A DNA stretch of 64,000 nucleotides from positions 640,001 through 704,000 of the forward strand of contig CAVSHR010000005.1 of NCBI GenBank assembly GCA_963727625.1, in the 5' to 3' direction. This document shows, in pieces, positions 29,745 to 40,105 of the stretch (the stretch's first letter is position 1; each line of letters starts with the position of its first letter). The notes below the pieces were generated by a model. It was not told where the DNA came from. It searched no databases and saw only the letters and a list, made by a program, of their open reading frames with translations. The position numbers and the translations under genes were made by a program. The DNA is from an uncultured delta proteobacterium. GTDB taxonomy: Bacteria; Desulfobacterota; Binatia; UBA9968.

Positions 29745-30503
29745 ATGCTAGCCAATCTTCGGGTCATAATGGTCCGTCCGCGCAGCTCCGGCAATATCGG
29801 TTCGGTGGCCCGCGCCATGAAAAATTTCGCAGCCGCCGAGCTCGCCATTGTCGGCAAGGCGCGCACGCGGAGCTTTTGGGCGCGGGCGATGGCGGTCCAC
29901 GGCCGCGACGTGCTCGCCGATGCCAAATGCTATGACTCGATCCGCGAAGCGATCGCCGACTGCACGCTGGTCGTCGGCACCACCTGCCGCGCCGGTCTCT
30001 ATCGAAGCCACAGCCGAACGCTTTGTGATGTCGCCCCGGATATCGCCGCGGCCGCGCGCAAGTTCAGAGTCGCGCTGCTTTTCGGACCGGAAGATCATGG
30101 TCTCAGCAACAAGGATCTCGAACATTGCCAGCTGCTCTTGACGATTCCGACCAACGCCGAGTATCAGTCGCTCAATGTCGCCCAGGCCGCGGTGATCTGT
30201 CTCTACGAAATTTTCGCCGCCGCGTTGGCGCCGGCGGAGGATGTCGGAATTCAGCGCGCCGAGGCAGAACAGGTAGAGCGGCTGTTCGACATCATGCGCA
30301 AATCGCTGCTCAAGATTGGCTTTCTCGATTCGGAAAACCCCGAGCATATTCTTCTTGCCTTGCGCCGCATCCTCGGCCGAGGCGGCCTGGAAGATAAAGA
30401 CGTGAGGATTCTTACCGGCATGTTTCGCCAGATCGAATGGTACGCCAATCAGGGCTGGAAAGTCGTGGAGGAAAAAGAAAAGAGAGGCATCAAAATTCGC
30501 TAG
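29745..30503 (+). CDS. trmJ: tRNA (cytidine/uridine-2'-O)-methyltransferase, TrmJ/LasT family
   Basis: GNIGSVARAMKNF, FGPEDHGLSN, YQSLNVAQA SPOUT motifs. Confidence 0.92.
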   Translation: MLANLRVIMVRPRSSGNIGSVARAMKNFAAAELAIVGKARTRSFWARAMAVHGRDVLADAKCYDSIREAIADCTLVVGTTCRAGLYRSHSRTLCDVAPDIAAAARKFRVALLFGPEDHGLSNKDLEHCQLLLTIPTNAEYQSLNVAQAAVICLYEIFAAALAPAEDVGIQRAEAEQVERLFDIMRKSLLKIGFLDSENPEHILLALRRILGRGGLEDKDVRILTGMFRQIEWYANQGWKVVEEKEKRGIKIR

Positions 30504-30516
30504 GAGGCGCCATCGG

Positions 30517-31155
30517 ATGAACGTCAACCATTTCGAACTCAAGAAAACCGCCATGCTGTTTTTCGATATTTTAAATGGCTACGTGCCGGAACCCGCGCCG
30601 GGCCAAACACGAAGTCTCAAACCGTGGATTCACAATGCCGTCCGTCTCGGCAAAGCGGCCCGCGCCGCCGGCCTGCCGGTTTTTTTCGCCAAGGGCAACC
30701 ATCGCCCGGACAACGCCACGACGGCGCTGATTCTGACCGATACCAACAATTCCCTCACTCCCTGGCCCAACGGCGAGGTGACGAAGACGAAAATGCATGT
30801 GATCGCCGGCGACAAGAGCTCCGACGTGCTCGCCGATCTCGAACCGCGGCCGGATGATTATTACATCGTGAAATATCGCTGGAGCGCGTTCTTCCAAACT
30901 TACCTGGACCTGGCGCTGCGCACCCGCGGCGTCGACACCATCATCATTTCCGGCGGCTCTACCGACGTCGGTGTGACTTCGACTTTGTATTCTGGGCGAG
31001 ACCTGGACTATAACATGATCGTCGCCAGCGACGCCTGCGGCACCTCCCACGACCAGCGTGCCCATGACATGCTCATGAAGCTGGTTTTCCCGCGCATGTC
31101 ACGCGTGCGCACGACGGACCAAGTGATCGCGATGCTGCAGAAGGGCAAACCATAA
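30517..31155 (+). CDS. Isochorismatase/cysteine hydrolase family protein
   Basis: TAMLFFD, KYRWSAFFQTYLDLALR, GGSTDVGV. Confidence 0.88.
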   Translation: MNVNHFELKKTAMLFFDILNGYVPEPAPGQTRSLKPWIHNAVRLGKAARAAGLPVFFAKGNHRPDNATTALILTDTNNSLTPWPNGEVTKTKMHVIAGDKSSDVLADLEPRPDDYYIVKYRWSAFFQTYLDLALRTRGVDTIIISGGSTDVGVTSTLYSGRDLDYNMIVASDACGTSHDQRAHDMLMKLVFPRMSRVRTTDQVIAMLQKGKP

Positions 31156-31187
31156 TTTTCGTACAAACATCTTTCAGGAGGGCGACC

Positions 31188-32324
31188 ATGGCATCGAACG
31201 GCACAGCACCAGTCGGTATCAGCAAGAACATAAAACAGATTGGCCGAACGGACCTCCCTGGAGGCGGCTCGGTGGTTGTCGAGAACGGCTACGCGTACGT
31301 AGGCCATATCGATCCGCCGCACGGAACCTCCATTCTCGACGTGCGCGATGCCAAACATCCTAAGCTCGTAGCCCAGCTCGAGGTCCCCGAGGGGATTCAT
31401 TCGCACAAGGTGCGCGTGAGCGGCGACCTGATGCTGATAAATTACGAGCGTTACAAAACCAAGGAAGAGCCTGACGCCGGGCTCAAGATTTTCGATATTT
31501 CCAATCGGTCCATGCCGCGCGAGATCGCTTTTTTCAAAGCACCGGGCAAAGGCTTGCACCGCTTTACCTTCGACGGCCGCTACGCGTATCTGTCGCCCAC
31601 CCTGGAGGGTTACGTCGGCAACATCGCGATGATCATGGATCTTAAAAATCCGGAGAAGCCGGAAGAGGTCTGCCGCTGGTGGATGCCGGGGCAATGGACT
31701 GCCGGCGGCGAGACGCCGACCTGGCATGGCACCGACACCCGCTGCCACCATCCGATTCGGCGCGGCAACCGTCTCTATATCAGCTACTGGCACGGGGGAT
31801 TCGCTATCGTCGATATTTCCGACATGAGCAAGCCCAAAACCGTAAGCACGCTGGATTATAGTCCGCCCTATCCCTGTCCGACGCATACCACTCTGCCGAT
31901 GCTCAACAAAATCATGGATCGCGATTGGTTGATCGTCACCGACGAAGAAGTCGGAGAAAAGCTTAACGACACGCATAACGCCTTTCTCTGGGTAATCGAT
32001 ATCACCAAAGAAGAGCTGCCGCTCCCCGTCGCGACATACATCGTCCCCTTCGCGGGCAAATCGACAGGGCGCAACCGCTTCGGCGCGCACCAGCCCGCCG
32101 AGCAGGTTTACGGCAACACGCTCTATATCACGTGGTTCGGCGGCGGCCTGCGCGCCGTCGACTTCTCCAACCCGTACATGCCGAAAGAAATCGGTTACTA
32201 CGTCCCGAATCCCGGCAAAGGCTACGACGTCGTCATGAGCAACGACGTCTTCCACGACAAGGACGGCAAGCTTTATCTGATCGATCGATATGAGGGGCTG
32301 GAGATACTCGAACCGCAAATTTGA
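31188..32324 (+). CDS. LVIVD-repeat beta-propeller protein
   Basis: Repeated YAY...G..ILDV..P..P units; HSHKVRV, FGAHQ. Confidence 0.85.
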   Translation: MASNGTAPVGISKNIKQIGRTDLPGGGSVVVENGYAYVGHIDPPHGTSILDVRDAKHPKLVAQLEVPEGIHSHKVRVSGDLMLINYERYKTKEEPDAGLKIFDISNRSMPREIAFFKAPGKGLHRFTFDGRYAYLSPTLEGYVGNIAMIMDLKNPEKPEEVCRWWMPGQWTAGGETPTWHGTDTRCHHPIRRGNRLYISYWHGGFAIVDISDMSKPKTVSTLDYSPPYPCPTHTTLPMLNKIMDRDWLIVTDEEVGEKLNDTHNAFLWVIDITKEELPLPVATYIVPFAGKSTGRNRFGAHQPAEQVYGNTLYITWFGGGLRAVDFSNPYMPKEIGYYVPNPGKGYDVVMSNDVFHDKDGKLYLIDRYEGLEILEPQI

Positions 32325-32437
32325 AAAACTCCCGTTCAAAGGTTCAAGGTTCAATGTTTCTCGAAACCAAAGTCCTAACTCGGAGTTTTGTCTGACCTTG
32401 AACTTTTGAACCTTGAACTCTTGAACGGCTGTTGCCC

Positions 32438-33029
32438 ATGAAACTGTACAACGTTTCCTACTCCGGCAACTCCTACAAAGTCCGCTTGCTGTTGGCTCAG
32501 CTCGGCATCCCCTGCGAGATCGTCGAAGTCGATATCCTGAAAGGTGAGAGCCGCACCGCCGAAATTTCTAAAGATCAATCCCAACGGCCGCACACCGGTG
32601 CTCGACGACAACGGCTTTGTCCTAGCGGAATCCAACGCCATCCTCGCTTACCTGGCCAAAGGCACGAAATTCCTACCCGACGACCGGGAGAAATTCGGCC
32701 TGGTTTTTCAGTGGATGTTTTTCGAGCAGTACAGCCATGAGCCATATATCGCCACGTCGCGCTTCTGGATTCAGCACAAACCCGACTCATCGGAGAAATC
32801 CGCGCTTCTCGCATCGAAGCGCGAGGGCGGCTGGGCCGCTTTAAAAGTGATGGAAAATCATCTCGCCACGAACAACTTCTTCGTCGGCGATTACTCCATC
32901 GCCGACATCGCCCTCTTCGCCTACACCCACGTCTCCGACGAAGGCGGATTTCCATTGGGTGATTTTCCGAAGATCAGAGCGTGGATCGAACGAATGAAAG
33001 ATCAGCCTGGCTTTGTACCGATGGTATAA
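32438..33029 (+). CDS. Glutathione S-transferase (one-base frameshift near 32563)
   Basis: SGNSYKVRLLL joins FLKINPNGRTPVL, ESNAIL, FEQYSHEP, YSIADIALFAYTH. Confidence 0.88.
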
Positions 33030-33040
33030 CGCGCAACCTC

Positions 33041-33385
33041 GGATGGTGCGCAAGCGCACGCACGAACACCGCGATGCTCGCAGACGATAAACCGGATTGG
33101 CGACTCCAGGATCAGGAGAAATATTTGCACGGCTTGACGTTAGTGCATTGTCGATACCACGAGTATCCGAAGAATCTGAAATGGGATCATGATCATTGCA
33201 AGTTTTGCTGGGCCAAGTTTACGGTCGGAGATTTGCTAGACTCGTTGCATCAAGGGTACGCGACGAAAGATGATTACCACTGGATATGTGAGCAGTGCTT
33301 TGCCGATTTTAGGAATATTTTCGAATGGAGGGTTATTGATAAATTAGATAAATCAAAACCGTAGGGTGCGCTTGCGCACCATCGA
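33041..33385. repeat. Pair of GTAG-type REP palindromes in inverted, outward-facing orientation (about 33042-33065 and 33360-33385)
   Basis: GATGGTGCGCAAGCGCAC... and GTAGGGTGCGCTTGCGCACCATC are reverse complements. Confidence 0.75.
33074..33364 (+). CDS. Conserved hypothetical Cys/His-rich protein
   Basis: DWRL, WDHDHCKFCWAKF, YHWICEQCF; lower GC than flanks. Confidence 0.7.
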   Translation: MLADDKPDWRLQDQEKYLHGLTLVHCRYHEYPKNLKWDHDHCKFCWAKFTVGDLLDSLHQGYATKDDYHWICEQCFADFRNIFEWRVIDKLDKSKP

Positions 33386-33391
33386 TCCATT

Positions 33392-34297
33392 CTAAATTCG
33401 AGTTTTCTTGTTTTCTTCCAACTCCTCCAACGTTCGTGGCCAATCCTGTTTAAGCAGTCTGGACAAACTCCGGTCCGCCAGCAGCTTTCCTTCGGTCTGG
33501 CACTTGGCGCAGTAGTTGGTCTCGTTCTCGGCGTGTACGATGCGTTGGACCGGCGAGCCGCAGACGGGGCAAGGCTTGCGAAACTTGCCATGCACGGCCA
33601 TGTCTGGGCGAAAGGCGGTGACTTTTTCGGGGAAGCCGGTTCCTCGTTCCGTTCGCAGGCGCTCGACCCACTCCGCGAGCGATTCGCGTGTCGCGCGATA
33701 CAGACGTTCGATTTCGTCCTTCGCCATCTGTTGGCTCAGGCGTATAGGTGAGAGGCGGGCGCGATGGAGGATCTCGTCCGAGTAGGCGTTGCCGATGCCG
33801 CTGAACAGATGCGGATCGGTGAGCAAACGTTTCAATGTGTGATTTTCCCGCGTAAGGGCTTCGCGGAATTGTTCGAGACTTACTTCGAGAATTTCCAGAC
33901 CACCGGGATCATGCTCCCGCATCGCGGCTTGGCCGCGGACCAAATGAATCGACGCGCGTTTTTTCGTTCCGGCCTCGGTCAAGAGCAGCGTGCCGTTGGG
34001 AAAATCGAACGCGGCCTGGCCGTACTTGCGCGCAATCTTCGCACCCTTCGGTTTCCAGTGAAACCGTCCGGCGACCATGAGATGCACGACGATAAAAAAC
34101 TCGTCGTCGAGCTCTAAAACGATACGCTTACCGAGCCGACGCAGCGCTAAAACCTTCTTTCCTTCCGCCGCGCTGATGGACGGATCGAATGAGCGCAATA
34201 TGAACGGACTGCCGATGCGAATCTTTTGAATCGGCTGATTCAGCACGCGCTCCGAGAGCGCTTCGATATAAACCGTAACGTCGGGATACTCGGGCAT
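33392..34297 (-). CDS. Fpg/Nei family DNA glycosylase/AP lyase
   Basis: MPEYPDV N-terminus, RLGKR, HLMVAG, GIGNAYSDEIL (H2TH), CPVC...CAKC zinc finger. Confidence 0.93.
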   Translation of the reverse strand: MPEYPDVTVYIEALSERVLNQPIQKIRIGSPFILRSFDPSISAAEGKKVLALRRLGKRIVLELDDEFFIVVHLMVAGRFHWKPKGAKIARKYGQAAFDFPNGTLLLTEAGTKKRASIHLVRGQAAMREHDPGGLEILEVSLEQFREALTRENHTLKRLLTDPHLFSGIGNAYSDEILHRARLSPIRLSQQMAKDEIERLYRATRESLAEWVERLRTERGTGFPEKVTAFRPDMAVHGKFRKPCPVCGSPVQRIVHAENETNYCAKCQTEGKLLADRSLSRLLKQDWPRTLEELEENKKTRI

Positions 34298-34391
34298 GGC
34301 GTGTCAGTCACCAGGAGCACTCACGGACTGCTCCGACAGTCCCCTGAAACGGCTTGAACATTTTGAACGTTTTGAACGACTTGAACTCTTT

Positions 34392-35813
34392 CTACCCCAA
34401 CCCGCCACTCTCCCTGAGCGTCAAAAATTCCTTCGCCTGCATCGGGAAGAGCACGCCGAGAAGAATATCTTCATCGCTCTTGGCTAGCGGGCCGAGATCT
34501 TTGATCGCCTTATCCCAATCGGCGGGATCGGCCATCTCTCCGGAGCGCAGCGAATAATCCGGCTCTTTGTCTTTCATGATTTTCTTGACCAGTTCTTTGT
34601 TCACTTCCCCCGGCGGTCGCCCATACTTTCCTTTTACATAGTCGCTGGTCTCGCGGCTGACGATCTTGTATCGCTCTCCAGCCAATACGTTGAGCACCGC
34701 CTGCACGCCGACGATCTGGCTCGTCGGCGTGAGCAGCGGCGGATGCCCGAGATCCTTCTCCACGCTCGGCGTTTCCTTGAGCGCCGCCTCCATCAAATCC
34801 ATCCGCTTGGCTTCCTTAAGTTGCGCCACCATATTCGAGATCATTCCGCCGGGAACCTTATGAATGAAAACGTCGGCGCTGACTCCGGTGTATCCGGTCT
34901 CGTATTTTTCGTACTTCTCTTTGATCTGCCTGGTGATCTGCGCCGGCTCCTCCAGTGCCTTTATGTCGATCCCGGTATCGAAGGGTGTGCCTTTCAATGA
35001 CGCGACCATCGTCTCCGTTGCCGGATGCGCCGAGCCGAAAGACAACGGCGACAAAACGGTGTCGATCATATCGACGCCGGCCAAGATCGCCATCAGATGA
35101 CTCATGCTCGATGTCCCGCCCATGTCGTGGCAGTGGAGTAGCACCGGCAGCTTGCCTTTGGCCCGGTCTTTGATGCCCTTGATGATTCTGTAACTATCGA
35201 AGGGCGTCAAGATCCCCGTAGCGTCTTTGAACGACAGCCAATCGGCGCCGACTTCGATCAATTGCTCGGCGTACTCCATCCATTTTTCCAAAGTATGCAC
35301 CGGACTCACCGTGTAATTGACTTCTACATGGGCCTCGCCACCGAGCTCTTTGACCGCCTTGGTGGCGGTTTCGATGTTTCTAAAATCGTTGGTCGCCTCG
35401 AAGATGCGAAACACGTTCATGCCGTTGGCGATCGCCCGCTCGACAAATTTGTAAACGATATTGTCGCTATAGGGCCGATAGGCCAGAATATGCTGGCCGC
35501 GCAAGAGCATCTGCAGCTTGGTCTTCGGCATCACCGCCTTGATCCGCCGCAGCCGTTCCCAGGGGTCTTCCTTCAAATAACGCATGCACACGTCAAAGGT
35601 GGCGCCGCCCCAAACCTCTACGGCGTAAAACCCGCAGTTGTCGAGAGATGCACAGAGCGGCAGCAAATCGTCAGTGGTAACGCGCGTGGCAAGCTTGCAC
35701 TGCTGCCCGTCGCGCGGCGTCAAGTCGGTGATCTTCACGCGTCGGCTGCCCACGGGTTCCGTCAACAGATGGGTCATGTCGGCGGCAAGTTGATCTAAAA
35801 TTTTATCACTCAT
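34392..35813 (-). CDS. oadA: Oxaloacetate decarboxylase alpha / pyruvate carboxylase B carboxyltransferase, lacking a biotin-carrier domain
   Basis: RDGQQC, EVWGGATFD, EDPWERL, QMLLRGQ, VPGGMISN, LTPTSQIVG; no C-terminal AMKM. Confidence 0.88.
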   Translation of the reverse strand: MSDKILDQLAADMTHLLTEPVGSRRVKITDLTPRDGQQCKLATRVTTDDLLPLCASLDNCGFYAVEVWGGATFDVCMRYLKEDPWERLRRIKAVMPKTKLQMLLRGQHILAYRPYSDNIVYKFVERAIANGMNVFRIFEATNDFRNIETATKAVKELGGEAHVEVNYTVSPVHTLEKWMEYAEQLIEVGADWLSFKDATGILTPFDSYRIIKGIKDRAKGKLPVLLHCHDMGGTSSMSHLMAILAGVDMIDTVLSPLSFGSAHPATETMVASLKGTPFDTGIDIKALEEPAQITRQIKEKYEKYETGYTGVSADVFIHKVPGGMISNMVAQLKEAKRMDLMEAALKETPSVEKDLGHPPLLTPTSQIVGVQAVLNVLAGERYKIVSRETSDYVKGKYGRPPGEVNKELVKKIMKDKEPDYSLRSGEMADPADWDKAIKDLGPLAKSDEDILLGVLFPMQAKEFLTLRESGGLG

Positions 35814-35944
35814 GGAATTGCTCCTGTCTTCTCCGAACTTCAACAACGATTCTTTTTGAATGTTTATAGGCTATTTCGGATGGCGCAGTAAAGAAGGCAA
35901 CCCTTACCTTGCTTTTCCGCGGCGATTCTCTTACATACCGGCAG

Positions 35945-36292
35945 ATGAAGATCGTCCGATTGTACACCGGCGGCGACAACGAATCGCACTTCGAAGACGT
36001 CGATGTGGATCTGAATGTCGCCGGCCGGCTTCAAGCTTCGGCCCTCCAGCCCGCTCTTGGAATTGTTTTTCGCTCGGCGCCGGCCAATCATTTGAGCGAC
36101 TTTCATCCCGTGCCGAAGCGGCAGTATGTGATCACACTTTCTGGCCAGGTCGAAATCGAAACCGGCGACGGCACCGTGCGGCACTTCGGTGCGGGCGATG
36201 TGATGCTCGCCGAGGACACTACCGGCCACGGCCACATCACCCGGGTCGTCGGCGGCGAGCCGCGCAACTACGTGTTTATTCCTTTGCTCTAG
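35945..36292 (+). CDS. Cupin domain protein
   Basis: MKIVRLYTGGDNESHFE, FHPVPKRQY, EDTTGHGH. Confidence 0.85.
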   Translation: MKIVRLYTGGDNESHFEDVDVDLNVAGRLQASALQPALGIVFRSAPANHLSDFHPVPKRQYVITLSGQVEIETGDGTVRHFGAGDVMLAEDTTGHGHITRVVGGEPRNYVFIPLL

Positions 36293-36307
36293 AGAGACTC
36301 GATCAAA

Positions 36308-37510
36308 GTGCAGCGATCACCTGTGCCGGAGCAACGAGACCGTCTTTCCGTCTGGATCGTCCCATGCTCGAACTTGATGCCGTCCATGATGGTGGCGACG
36401 CTCGGCATCGCGCTGCCGGAGATCCGTCAAACTTTTGCACTCTCCGAAGTTGCTGCGGGCAGCCTGTTCTCGGTGATGATGATCATCGCCGCTTTGACCA
36501 GCGCCGTTGCCGGCCGCCTTGCCGACAAGATCGGCCGCAAAACCGTCCTGATCACCGGTCTTAGCCTGCTCGCTTTCGGGTTCTCCAGCGCCGGCATCAG
36601 CGGTCAGCGCTGGTGGTTTTACTTTTTTCTCGCGGTGACTGGAATCGGTTATGGCTTCACGCCGCCGTCGCTTTACGCAATCATGTCCGACTTGTTGCCG
36701 CAGCGCCGCGGTTTCGGCGCGAGTCTGGTGTCCGTCACTTATGGCATCGGCGGCGCCATCGGCGCCTTGTTGGCCAGCCGTGTTGCCGCGGCCTTCGGTT
36801 GGCGCGCCGCTTTTGTCAGCGTCGGAGGTATTGCCGCCGTGGATATGCTGGTGCAGCTTTATTGGATTCGCGACATTCGGCGTGTCCGCACCGCCGCGCG
36901 CATGGGCTCAATGAAGTCCGCACTGTCGTTTTCGATCGCGCTATTGGCGCTCGCTGAATTTATCGGGGGCTCGGTATTCTGGAGTTGCGCCGCCTGGACG
37001 CCGACCGCTCTGCGCGGCGCCAAGGCCCTCACCCTCCAAGAAACCGGTTGGGTCATGAGCGTGCTCAGTATGGCGAATATGCTCGGCTCGTTTTCGCTGG
37101 GCTCGTTGTCTGACAAGTTCGGACGCAAACCGGTGATCACGCTCAGCGCCGTGCCCGCGGCTGCGGCCGCATTCGCGGTATTTTATTGGCTGCAATCGCC
37201 GGTCGGTCTGGGGTTGGGAGTTTTTGTCTTCGGAGTGCTGAAAGCCTCGGTACCTGCTCTGGTCGTGGCGCTCGCGCAAGAAGCAGCGCCGGCCGGAAGC
37301 GCCGGCACCGCCGCCGGCATCATCATGTCGCTGCACTACACCGCCGGCGTGTTGGCGCCGTTGCTCGCCGCCAAGTTGATAACCGCCAGCGGAGATATTC
37401 TATTTGCGATGATCCTGGTTTCATCCGTGCCGCTGCTTTTGTATGCCGCCTTGATCGGTGCCGTGCGCGAGCGCGCCGTGACGCCATCAAATTTTGCGAT
37501 CCAACCTTGA
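36308..37510 (+). CDS. MFS transporter
   Basis: GRLADKIGRK and GSLSDKFGRK motif A; about 12 TMs. Confidence 0.92.
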   Translation: MQRSPVPEQRDRLSVWIVPCSNLMPSMMVATLGIALPEIRQTFALSEVAAGSLFSVMMIIAALTSAVAGRLADKIGRKTVLITGLSLLAFGFSSAGISGQRWWFYFFLAVTGIGYGFTPPSLYAIMSDLLPQRRGFGASLVSVTYGIGGAIGALLASRVAAAFGWRAAFVSVGGIAAVDMLVQLYWIRDIRRVRTAARMGSMKSALSFSIALLALAEFIGGSVFWSCAAWTPTALRGAKALTLQETGWVMSVLSMANMLGSFSLGSLSDKFGRKPVITLSAVPAAAAAFAVFYWLQSPVGLGLGVFVFGVLKASVPALVVALAQEAAPAGSAGTAAGIIMSLHYTAGVLAPLLAAKLITASGDILFAMILVSSVPLLLYAALIGAVRERAVTPSNFAIQP

Positions 37511-37518
37511 CCCGCTCG

Positions 37519-38361
37519 CTACAAGCCGAGAATTCTCTCGGCGTTGCCGTGATAAATATTCTCCATCAGCGCATCCGAGTAGCCGAGTTCTTGCCACTCC
37601 TTGAAAATCCGCTCGTAGGGCAGGCTTGGATAGTCGCTGCCGAACATGATCTTGTCCTTCAGTCGGCTTTTGATGTCGCGCTTGAGCGCATCGGGAAAAT
37701 ATTTCGGCGCCCAACCCGAAAGTTCCCAGGAGACATTGCCTTTATGGAGCGCAACGGCGAGCATCTCTTCGGTCCACGGCCAGCCGGGATGCGCCGCGAC
37801 GATGTTTAAATTGGGAAAATCCGCAGCCAGCCGATCTATCGCCTTAGGATGGGCGTGGCGGATTACCGCACCCAACCCGCCGGGCATGCCGGCGCCCATA
37901 CCGGTCGTGCCGACATCGATCATCACCGGCGCTTTGAGCGCGTCGATGGCTTCCCACAGCGGGTAGAAGCGCCGCTCGTCGACCGAGAAGTGGCCCATGA
38001 TCGGATGAAAATGAAACCCGAATAGCTTGAAGTCTTCAACGGCTCTTCTCGCGTCCTCGATGGCCTGCTCCCCTTTGAGCGGATCGACCGCACCCCAGGC
38101 CTGGCGAATCACGCCCGGATAAGCGTCACGCATGCGCGCGACGTATTCATTGGTGCAAGGGGGCGCGCCGGTGACGGTTTCGATATCGAATGCGACGAGC
38201 ATCGCTTCGACGCCGGCGCGCTGAAATTCGGCGATAACCTCGTCCTCTTGCTTCCAAGTCCAGGCGCGATTCCAGTACTTTGCCAACGCTTCGACGTAGG
38301 GCCCCTGCGATTTGATCCACGGTTCGGTATTCGGATAGCAATGTAAATCGATGATCCGCAC
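37519..38361 (-). CDS. Amidohydrolase family protein
   Basis: IIDLHCY, AAHPGWPW, MFGSDYP. Confidence 0.92.
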   Translation of the reverse strand: MRIIDLHCYPNTEPWIKSQGPYVEALAKYWNRAWTWKQEDEVIAEFQRAGVEAMLVAFDIETVTGAPPCTNEYVARMRDAYPGVIRQAWGAVDPLKGEQAIEDARRAVEDFKLFGFHFHPIMGHFSVDERRFYPLWEAIDALKAPVMIDVGTTGMGAGMPGGLGAVIRHAHPKAIDRLAADFPNLNIVAAHPGWPWTEEMLAVALHKGNVSWELSGWAPKYFPDALKRDIKSRLKDKIMFGSDYPSLPYERIFKEWQELGYSDALMENIYHGNAERILGL

Positions 38362-38729
38362 TGATCTTTTTTCTCCCGCACGGAAAGTTAATGCATCCGG
38401 CAGGGGGCGAGAATAACGTTCGGTTCATTCAGCTGTCAAGCCGGTTCCAGACATTCCCCGGACCCTGGCGTACTCGGGATTGCATCCGAGAATTGCCTCA
38501 AATTAACCTTTCAGTGGCCAACTTCTTGCGAAGAACTCGAATTTCGGCTCGGCAGCTTTTCAAAAATATCCGTGCGCTCAACACTCACGGTCGAGACACC
38601 AATTAACGCCCACAGGGCTGCCGTTCGTCCATTGAGAGTCTCAGGACGAACCGCTTGTCTTCCGGAACTTGAAAAAGTGACGAATCTACGGCTGGATCGT
38701 CAAAAGCCGGTGCGGCGTGCATCCGTGAG

Positions 38730-39827
38730 TCACGCCGCTTTGAAAGTCGAGGTCACTTGCTGATGCCCGCCATTCTCTTTGAGCTCTTCTTCGTGGTAAA
38801 GACAGAGCGCGCTCATAACCGGCAAGTCTTGGATCGAGAACAGCACGGCGTCTGTGCTCGCCGATGAATTCGCGTGCTCATGCAGCGCCCAAGGCGGAAT
38901 GGCGAGGAGATCGCCTTTCCGCCATTCGAATTGTTGGCCGTCGACCACGGTAGACCCTGCGCCCTGTACGACATGGTAAACCGCGCTGCCGGTGTGCCGA
39001 TGTGCCTTGGTGTGCTCGCCCGGCCGCAGCAGCTGGATCATGCAGGCCATGGTCGGCAGCACCGGCCCGCCGGTTTGCGGATGGCGGTATTCGAGCAGCA
39101 CACCGTCGTGGGCGCTGCCTTCATTCTCGCGCAACGAGTCCAAAGCCTTCCACGCTTCCTCCCAGGTGTAAAGTAACAACGGCGAGGATTGCGGTTTCTC
39201 TTTGACCCAGGTCGGCGTGATATGCGCGTGGCCGTACATTTTTCCTGAAGAGTTGGGCGGACGGGAGGCCGGCACCTGCGGCGCAGAATAAAACTGGAAG
39301 AACATCGCTTCTAAGGACGCAATCAACGGAATATCCAGACCATCCATCCAAACGACGCGCTCCTTGGTCTCGTTGCCGTGGTCATGCCAGGCCCAACTCG
39401 GCGTCAGAATCAAATCTCCCGGCGCCATGTAAACCCGCTCGCCGTCCACCGCCGTATACGCGCCCGTGCCTTCGATGATAAAGCGAATCGCCGTCGGAGT
39501 GTGGCGGTGCGCCCGCGCGACCTCGCCCGGCAGGAGAATCTGCAGAGCGGCAATTAAATTGTTGGTCGTCGCCCACCGACCGCCGAGACCCGGATTGAAC
39601 AGCTGCAGGGCGCGCCGCTCGTCCCCCACCGGCACGGCCCGGGCCGATTCCTCGATAATCGACTCGGTCACCGACCATGGCCATATATGCGGAATCATTT
39701 TGGGCTGGGGATGCGGCGTCATCTGACTCGCCAGCTCCCACAGGCCGTACATGTTGTTGGCGTGCATGCGCTCATGAAACGCCGCGCGAAATGCGTCTGC
39801 TTCAGATCTCGGCTCCGATTTAGCCAT
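38730..39827 (-). CDS. Gentisate 1,2-dioxygenase-like bicupin
   Basis: ERRALQLFNPG, AHRHTPTAIRF, WAWHDHGN, WMDGLDIP, AHRHTGS. Confidence 0.9.
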   Translation of the reverse strand: MAKSEPRSEADAFRAAFHERMHANNMYGLWELASQMTPHPQPKMIPHIWPWSVTESIIEESARAVPVGDERRALQLFNPGLGGRWATTNNLIAALQILLPGEVARAHRHTPTAIRFIIEGTGAYTAVDGERVYMAPGDLILTPSWAWHDHGNETKERVVWMDGLDIPLIASLEAMFFQFYSAPQVPASRPPNSSGKMYGHAHITPTWVKEKPQSSPLLLYTWEEAWKALDSLRENEGSAHDGVLLEYRHPQTGGPVLPTMACMIQLLRPGEHTKAHRHTGSAVYHVVQGAGSTVVDGQQFEWRKGDLLAIPPWALHEHANSSASTDAVLFSIQDLPVMSALCLYHEEELKENGGHQQVTSTFKAA

Positions 39828-40105
39828 GGGAACCTCCTACGTGGCACGGCCGGCGCGGCGAATGGATCAAATTTAAAGCCGCCGGCTTTTTAGCTACTTT
39901 TAACGTATCCGACGCTCTATTCCGATGTCAAATCACGGCTCAGCTCATCGCCGTCTTTCTCCCCGTCGCCGCGGAGTTGCCGTCTGACCGGTTCCATGTT
40001 GTTATTGACCGATGGCATCAAGGGAATTACGTTTAGTTTAACCTTCTGTGCAGGTATCCCAGTGCAATGCCCGGATAGCAGCCCAACAAAAAAGAACCTA
40101 TCTTC

